Assembly (NCBI GenBank): GCA_023457715.1
Contig: JAEWKR010000119.1
Coordinates: 29,531 to 93,530, forward strand
Origin: Verrucomicrobiota bacterium
GTDB lineage: Bacteria > Verrucomicrobiota > Verrucomicrobiia > Opitutales > Opitutaceae
Length of the DNA stretch: 64,000 nt
Reading direction: 5' to 3'
The notes below the pieces were generated by a model. It saw only the letters and a program-made list of their open reading frames with translations, was not told the origin of the DNA and searched no databases. Made by a program: the position numbers and the translations under genes. Each line of letters opens with the position of its first letter. Position 1 is the first letter of the stretch. Shown here in pieces: positions 58,801-64,000 of the stretch.

Positions 58801-59936
58801 GCATCATCGAAGCGGGCGGCGCGGGCGTGATCGAGACCACGGGTCCGGTCACCCTGATGGCGTCCAACGGCGCGATCACCCTGAACGGTGCGGCCAACAA
58901 GATCGGCAACATCTCGCTGACCGCCATGGGCAACTCGACCGTGAACAACACGACCGCCACCATCCTCGGCGCCACGAATGTCACGGCCGGCGGCCTTACG
59001 GTGACCCAGTCCACCGCGACCGACATCACGCAGCGCTCTGGCACCTCGATCAACATCACCGGTGCGGGCAGCTTCACCACCACTGGCACGGGTAACATCA
59101 CCCTCGCCAACGCGGGCAATCAGTTCGGCCCGGTGACGGCTGTGACGGGTTCGGGCAACATTGCCCTGACCGAAGGCGGCACGCTCAACCTCAAGGGTGT
59201 GTCCACCGCGGGCAACCTCGTGGCCATCTCCTCGACGGGTGACATCATCGACTCCGGCACCCTCACCGTCGTCGGCAACGCTACGTTCCACGCCCCCGCC
59301 GGCAGCGTCATCCTCGATGATGCCGCCAGCAACTTCGGTGTGGTTGTCTTCGGTAACGCTACGACCGCGGTCGCCGGCAATGTCGCCGTCACCGACGCCG
59401 TTGGCGTGACCCTCGGCAGCGCGAATGTCGGCGGAGCTCTCTCCGTGACCGCCAAGACGGGCAACATCGGCCAGGTCGATGCGCTGAAGGTCTTCGGCGA
59501 CGTGACCCTGTCGGCGAACACGGCCACGGCTACCCGCATCGAGCTCAACCACGCCGACAACGAGTTCGGTGGGGTTCGCTTCAATGTGGGTCATGGCGGC
59601 GCCTCCCTGCGTGAGAAGACGTCGTTCGTGTTGCTCCCGGGCAGCACGTCGGCGGCGGCTCCGATGGGCCTCCCGGCGAGCGCTGTGACGATCGTCACCG
59701 ACGGCGACTTCGTGACCGCTGCTGGTGGTAGCAGCACCTTCAACGGTGACCTCACCATCCGCGCCGCTGGCACGATCATCCCGAGCGCCGGCTCCCTCCT
59801 GGTTGCGGGCACCTTCACGGTGATCTCCAGCAACACGGTGGACCTGAGCGCGCTCAGCAAGGCGGCGAACCTGTCCAGCAAGGACCCCGTGCACAACGAG
59901 GTTCCGGCCGACAAGTACACCGCCCCGTCTCCGTAA
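55803..59936 (+). CDS. Filamentous haemagglutinin N-terminal-domain protein (TpsA), beta-helical surface protein
   Basis: Signal peptide; TPS domain W.EF...F.QP...LNRI.G..PS.IDG.L.SNG..Y.MNPNG; rich in G/T/A/N/V; no Cys. Confidence 0.92.
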   Translation: MKNKSIARLSLRKLLLSALVAAPLATLPAPLWALPSQADLTASIASTSAGVTFELNSADKILNVASTQNISVIRWNEFGSGAMTITNGDVINFNQPTASSSLLNRIVGANPSTIDGRLNSNGILYVMNPNGITVTTNGVINAAAVGLTTVVENDLTFEGTGSLVYPTSATPTGDITLAGTASIQAASGSGNVWIVGQDIALAGTVSGGNVLVRSLNNGNVLLGAGAALTVGASASPVANLTVTTAGTGTITFAQTNNVIVNGPSVSLTTGNAAINQGTGYLQIGNTTGTLTTASGTADTVISDVRTKDTAGTITVNATGANLSIASWTGGSNLAVGATATGNLGVATNNGNITLNTTTVGGILNVISNRNILSGGTVTVTGAANLTAATGANVAFSGKAATIGVQGTGATALGDVVLNMTDAFAIGPVNAGNLTVSATKDLTQAPTGTLTVTNNTNLSSTGGNVTLSQNITTTNLTVTASNDVSHTGGTLSVATDARFTANGGNLTLGALNTGGPDNVWGTAAKKVTLGGAVAVSGNATFSAGTDLAVNANLDAAKVSLTGGNVTDGAGAIITTPSLSVVGSNSVVLDNAHALTDLLVTGAAGNITVNDAGGLTLVKGTNVAGNLSITSTGAIALGVQATDTITVGKKLALNGVGVTDATDNITVGSELDITSTGAVVINGGAGTVPADLKSSFGTVHVNAAGQAITVYEGGLLTLGNITGLSLTAYSPAGIVNSGAIAVGNVLVGAGTATAPADIVLNSATNAITGTINIMTDLQLNPGATGHYLVRDFTLVNSSSAGVFSVGNNIYNQGLTGNVSLSAVGGANLTVGELVTTGPVWLSSATGFIDADHANNTFSTVNVTSGSTSGTASSIASSQALTVNATLGNASVAGGGATGAFNFATAGTNQDLTIGQFRSYGTGTVAFNASGNVADSAAGLHIYGGTSVTADNISLTSGGNFGQLTLNTVAGNGTVTIVESGTLNLLSVKTGTGAFSATSQTGGIIEAGGAGVIETTGPVTLMASNGAITLNGAANKIGNISLTAMGNSTVNNTTATILGATNVTAGGLTVTQSTATDITQRSGTSINITGAGSFTTTGTGNITLANAGNQFGPVTAVTGSGNIALTEGGTLNLKGVSTAGNLVAISSTGDIIDSGTLTVVGNATFHAPAGSVILDDAASNFGVVVFGNATTAVAGNVAVTDAVGVTLGSANVGGALSVTAKTGNIGQVDALKVFGDVTLSANTATATRIELNHADNEFGGVRFNVGHGGASLREKTSFVLLPGSTSAAAPMGLPASAVTIVTDGDFVTAAGGSSTFNGDLTIRAAGTIIPSAGSLLVAGTFTVISSNTVDLSALSKAANLSSKDPVHNEVPADKYTAPSP

Positions 59937-59969
59937 TTCTGATAGTTGTTGACTATTAGGTAACGCCTC

Positions 59970-60003
59970 AAAGGGCGGCCGCTCACGCGGCCGCCCTTTT
60001 TTT
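59970..60003 (+). terminator. Rho-independent terminator after tpsA (possibly bidirectional)
   Basis: aaagggcggccgc-tcac-gcggccgcccttttttt. Confidence 0.88.
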
Positions 60004-60041
60004 GTCTTGGGTGGTTGAGCCCGGCCCGGCTTAACACTGGT

Positions 60042-61367
60042 ATGGTTTCGCCGGCCGCTGCTTCGACTATGATCAAGCCCGCTTCGGAGGCGCCTGCCAT
60101 TGAGGTGCGGGGACTGCGCAAACTCTACCAGCGCGACGTTTCCCTCCGCGGTGCCTTTGCCCGCGGGCTGGGTTGGCGGAACGACTCGCCCGGGTCGCCC
60201 CACGGCGCCGTGGTGGCCGTCGATGACGTGTCCTTCACCGTGCGCAAGGGCGAGGCGTTTGGCATCATTGGCCGCAACGGTGCCGGCAAGAGCACCGTGC
60301 TCCAGATCGTCGCGGGGACCCTCCAGGCAACGACCGGCACGTGCCAGGTTCATGGCCGGGTCACCGCGCTCCTCGAACTGGGGTCCGGTTTCAATCCGGA
60401 GTTCACCGGCCGCGAGAATATCTATCTGGCGGGCGCCATCCTCGGTCTGAACCGTGCCGAGATGGATCGGAAGTACGATCAGATTGTGGCCTTCGCCGAC
60501 ATCGGCGACTTTATCGAGCAGCCGGTTAAGACCTATTCCACCGGGATGATGATGCGGGTGGCCTTCGCAGTCGCCATTTCGGTCGAGCCGGACGTCCTGA
60601 TTGTCGATGAGGCATTGAGTGTCGGCGACATCCTCTTCCAGCAGAAATGCAGCCGCCGGCTCCACGAACTGATTGCCTCAGGCGTCACGCTTCTCGTGGT
60701 CACGCACGACACCGCGTTCGTGCTGAATATGTGCCAGCGGGCCCTCTGGCTTGATCGGGGACGGGTCCGCTATCTGGGCGAGGCCGGGGCGTGCGTGCGG
60801 GAATATGTGGCCGCCATGGCCGCGCTCTCCGGCAACGCGCCGGCGCCGGTGGACCGGTTTGAGGCCCTCGAGGCCGCTCAGTTGCCCTACGCGCCCGGAC
60901 TGGTGCTCGAGGGCAAGGAGCGCCTGGGTGACGGGGGCGTGCGGGTGGAGCGGGCGTGGGTCCTCCACGCGGACGGCTCAGCCACCACCAGTTTCCGCAC
61001 GGGCGAATGGATCAATACCCTTATCCTCATCGAAGCGACGCGCGATATCCGCGCGGTGAGCGCCGGCTGTGAACTCCGCAACCGGCACGGCCAGGTGATC
61101 TTCGCCACCGGCCTCCGGGTGGTCCAGCGTCTGATCGCCGAAATTCCCGCCGGCAAACGGTGCCTGGTTCGGATCCGCTTCCAACTCGAGATCCAGCCGG
61201 GTCAGTACACCCTGGATCTCGGATGTGGGGCCGGCTCCGATGCCGACAATACCTGGGATCGCGTGCTGAACGCCGCTGTCGTCGAGGTGTCAACGACCCC
61301 GGAACAGGAAGTCGTCCACGGGCTGGTGCGGCTGCCGTCCGAAATCGGCGTCGGCCGCCTGGATTGA
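60042..61367 (+). CDS. wzt: Polysaccharide ABC transporter ATP-binding protein with Wzt C-terminal domain
   Basis: GRNGAGKST, LLELGSGFNPEFTGREN, YSTGMMMRVAFAVA, VDEALSVGD; C-terminal extension; start uncertain (60015/60042/60069). Confidence 0.92.
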   Translation: MVSPAAASTMIKPASEAPAIEVRGLRKLYQRDVSLRGAFARGLGWRNDSPGSPHGAVVAVDDVSFTVRKGEAFGIIGRNGAGKSTVLQIVAGTLQATTGTCQVHGRVTALLELGSGFNPEFTGRENIYLAGAILGLNRAEMDRKYDQIVAFADIGDFIEQPVKTYSTGMMMRVAFAVAISVEPDVLIVDEALSVGDILFQQKCSRRLHELIASGVTLLVVTHDTAFVLNMCQRALWLDRGRVRYLGEAGACVREYVAAMAALSGNAPAPVDRFEALEAAQLPYAPGLVLEGKERLGDGGVRVERAWVLHADGSATTSFRTGEWINTLILIEATRDIRAVSAGCELRNRHGQVIFATGLRVVQRLIAEIPAGKRCLVRIRFQLEIQPGQYTLDLGCGAGSDADNTWDRVLNAAVVEVSTTPEQEVVHGLVRLPSEIGVGRLD

Positions 61368-61373
61368 CCCAGC

Positions 61374-61417
<44 letters not shown>

Positions 61418-61419
61418 AG

Positions 61420-62307
61420 TCAGATCACCTCGGCGAACGACTTCCGCAAAAGCATGAAACAGGCGTAGCCCGCTACGAGGGACACGAGCGCGACGGCATA
61501 GACGAAGCCAAGCACCCCCCAGTCCATCGGTTGGTGCCACAAAACCACGCGACGCCCGAGGTCGAACAGCTGCAACAGTGGATTGAAGCGCAGCACCTCC
61601 CACGCGTGGGGCAAATCACGAATGCGTTGTGGGGCGAACATCACGGCGCTGGCGAACTGAAGTGCCGTCGAGATGAACGGAGTCAGTTGCGTGATGTCGC
61701 GCACGAATACGCCAATGGCTGAAAGCGCCCACCCGATGCCCAACGCGATCATCAGCAAGGGGAGGACCAACACGGGCAGCCAGAATACGCTCCAGGACAG
61801 TCCCGCCGTACCGAAAATGCTCCCCACGATCACCAGTCCAAGACTCACGGCGAGGTGGTAAGCGGCGTCGCCGACCTTTGCCACCGGCAGGACTTCCAGG
61901 GGGAAGACCACCTTCTTCACGAAGTTCGGGTTGTTCGCGATGACCAAGGGGGCCCAGCCCAGTGTCTCCGAGAAGACGTGAAACATCGCGAGCCCGAGAA
62001 ACATCGCCAGGACGAAGTCAAACTGCGTCTCGCCGGGCAGAACTCCAAAACGGCTGCCAAAAATCACGCCGAAGATGAACCAGTACAACGCGAGCATCGA
62101 CAGCGGATTGACCAGCGCCCAGATCGCACCCAGCCGGCTTCCGCGGTGCCGCAGTTCGATTTCGCGCAGCGCAAACTGCCACGCCAGTTCGCGGTGTCGC
62201 CAGAGATGGCGCAGGATGTGCCAGGGATTCAGCAGCGACCAGGGAGAGGAGTGACGTGCAGCAGCCACGATTGCCTTCTGTTGTCGCGGAGTGGGCGCCA
62301 AAGGCAA
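61420..62307 (-). CDS. wzm: Polysaccharide ABC transporter permease
   Basis: RHRGSRLGAIWALVNPL, NFVKKVVFP, GVFVRD, FNPL, terminal FAEVI. Confidence 0.92.
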   Translation of the reverse strand: MPLAPTPRQQKAIVAAARHSSPWSLLNPWHILRHLWRHRELAWQFALREIELRHRGSRLGAIWALVNPLSMLALYWFIFGVIFGSRFGVLPGETQFDFVLAMFLGLAMFHVFSETLGWAPLVIANNPNFVKKVVFPLEVLPVAKVGDAAYHLAVSLGLVIVGSIFGTAGLSWSVFWLPVLVLPLLMIALGIGWALSAIGVFVRDITQLTPFISTALQFASAVMFAPQRIRDLPHAWEVLRFNPLLQLFDLGRRVVLWHQPMDWGVLGFVYAVALVSLVAGYACFMLLRKSFAEVI

Positions 62308-62354
62308 GGAGGGTTCGCAGGCGGCTGTGAGCGTGCCCCCACGCAGGCGGTGCC

Positions 62355-63317
62355 TTAGCCCGTCTGAAGCGTCGCCCGCACCTCGGCGTCACTGAGCGTC
62401 GCGATCGCGCATCGCTCATCGTCGATACCGAAACTGATCACCCAGCGTCCGTCGTGCCACGCGGCGCCTGAAACGTACACCACCTCGCCGACCGCCGGGT
62501 TGAGCTTTGGCAGCTTGCGCCGGGCCGATTCCGGAATCGCGAGGGGCAGCGGTTGCGCGGGGAGTTGCAACGGCAGAAAGGGAGGGGTGGCGGCGAAGCG
62601 ATACACGGCTGCCACATAGCGGTAACCCTGAGGGTCGTTTTCGATGGAATGACAAAACGAGACATAGCTCTCGCCCTGCCGTACCGGCGGGGATCCCCCG
62701 CGCAGCCCTCCGTTGGCCTTGGCATACCCGCCTGCATTGGCCACCGGCTGGCCGACGTCGGCGAATTCGATGGCGCCGTGGCCGGCGAGCGACGCGGTCA
62801 TCACCCGATGCGGATTCACGGAGTACACCGCGAACACATCGCCGCCATGTTCGAACAACGCCCAGTTCTTTTCCAGTTTCTGCCGCGCACCCCACAGCGT
62901 GAGTTCGCGCGGCGCACCGACGGGGCAAAGGGTCACCGGGTCGAATTCCTGGAGAAACTGCGCATTGCGTGGCTCGTGCCAGCCCGAGTTCCAGTAGACG
63001 AAGCAGCGTCCCTGGAGGCGGTATAGCCTTGGATCGGCAAACCAGGTCGTCGCCTGGGCAGGGTACAGCTCCGGCTGTTCAAAACGGATCTGATCGGAAA
63101 AAGGGACGGCCGTTCCCGCCACGACTTCGAACTCCTCGTTCAGCCGACAGAGGGCGATTCGGCGGTGCTGGTCAGGCTCCCCGACGGAACGGTACGCCAG
63201 CAGCCATCCCGCCCCGTCACGCATCAACCCCGGGTTGAAGATGCGGGTCAGCGCCGGGTCGGAGTGGGAACTCCACTCCGCGGGCAGAAGTTCGTGATTG
63301 GAAAAAACCCGAAGCAT
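62355..63317 (-). CDS. Hypothetical protein, glycosidase-like five-bladed beta-propeller (GH43/GH130-like)
   Basis: FNPGL, ADPRL, EKNW, LRGGSP, VVY.SG, SFGIDD motifs. Confidence 0.6.
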   Translation of the reverse strand: MLRVFSNHELLPAEWSSHSDPALTRIFNPGLMRDGAGWLLAYRSVGEPDQHRRIALCRLNEEFEVVAGTAVPFSDQIRFEQPELYPAQATTWFADPRLYRLQGRCFVYWNSGWHEPRNAQFLQEFDPVTLCPVGAPRELTLWGARQKLEKNWALFEHGGDVFAVYSVNPHRVMTASLAGHGAIEFADVGQPVANAGGYAKANGGLRGGSPPVRQGESYVSFCHSIENDPQGYRYVAAVYRFAATPPFLPLQLPAQPLPLAIPESARRKLPKLNPAVGEVVYVSGAAWHDGRWVISFGIDDERCAIATLSDAEVRATLQTG

Positions 63318-63329
63318 GGAACGACGACG

Positions 63330-64000
63330 TCAGGCCGCGTAGAACTGTCGGATCACGCTGCACACTTTTTCGATTTCCGCGATGCTATGATGCGGGCTCA
63401 TGGGCAGGCTGAGCACGTCCTCTGCCAGCGCCTCCGCAATCGGAAAGGCGCCCCGTCGCCACCCTGCGGCTTGGTAGGCTCCGGAGAGGTGGGGCGGAGT
63501 GGGGTAATGGACCTGCGATCCGATTCCGGCGGCGGTGAGGTGGTCCCGCAACGCCGCTCGGCGTTCGGCCCGCACGACAAACAGGTGCCACACCGGTTCA
63601 GCCCAGGGCGCTACGGTGGGCAGCACGACTCCCGGGACGTCTTTCAGCTGGGTCAGATAGACCGCCGCCAAGGCGCGGCGTCGCGCGTTCCACTCCGGCA
63701 GATGGCGGAGCTTCACCCGAAGAAACGCCGCCTGAAGTTCGCTCAATCGGGAATTATGCCCGGCCACCTCGTTCCGATACCGTTCCTTCGTCCCATAATT
63801 GCGGAGCACGCGGATTTTTTCCGCCAGGGGGCCGTCATCGGTCGTGACTGCCCCCGCATCGGCCAACGCGCCCAGGTTCTTGCTGGGATAGAAACTCACG
63901 CCCGCCGCGTGTCCGAGCGCGCCCGCCTCGCCCCAAAGCACCCCGGCTCGCGTAGGTGTGCGACACCGGGCGCCATGCGACTGGGCCGCATCCTCGATCA
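63330..64000 (-). CDS. DegT/DnrJ/EryC1/StrS aminotransferase, 5' part outside the window
   Basis: [44 protein letters not shown]. Confidence 0.92.
   Translation of the reverse strand, partial: IEDAAQSHGARCRTPTRAGVLWGEAGALGHAAGVSFYPSKNLGALADAGAVTTDDGPLAEKIRVLRNYGTKERYRNEVAGHNSRLSELQAAFLRVKLRHLPEWNARRRALAAVYLTQLKDVPGVVLPTVAPWAEPVWHLFVVRAERRAALRDHLTAAGIGSQVHYPTPPHLSGAYQAAGWRRGAFPIAEALAEDVLSLPMSPHHSIAEIEKVCSVIRQFYAA

Noticed and set aside
55803..59936. CdiA-type contact-dependent toxin
   Set aside because: Short for CdiA, no VENN or toxin domain, and a terminator rather than an immunity gene follows.

Overview
High-GC bacterial window (about 68-70% by eye). Gene content suggests Opitutaceae/Verrucomicrobia (inference). 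The left part holds a 3'-truncated LOG-family-like protein, an FKBP PPIase, a pectin/rhamnogalacturonan-I degradation cluster (PL11 lyase, tandem CE12 esterase, GH28, PL26-like lyase), a DeaD helicase, a three-gene ECF-sigma cassette bounded by 27-bp direct repeats, and a bPH-domain protein. From ~17.9 kb to the end lies a large surface-glycan locus, mostly on the minus strand. It encodes a GDP-heptose pathway (hddA-hddC-gmhA-gmhB plus a transaldolase), several GT2/GT9 enzymes with coiled coils, three methyltransferases, four GT-C-like membrane proteins, GtrA/GtrB-like genes, Wzm/Wzt and a DegT aminotransferase. A two-partner secretion pair (TpsB/TpsA) is embedded in it. The most striking non-coding signal is a set of short-tandem-repeat arms (6-, 7-, 8-, 9- and 10-mer units) at gene boundaries, often as inverted pairs. 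One pair brackets a four-helix-bundle gene from the upstream stop codon to the downstream start codon, like an intervening sequence in an mRNA. Empty and solo copies of the same arms occur elsewhere. Several GTAG-type REP families are also present. No rRNA, tRNA, CRISPR array or transposase was recognised. All family assignments are from motif recognition by eye, not database searches.
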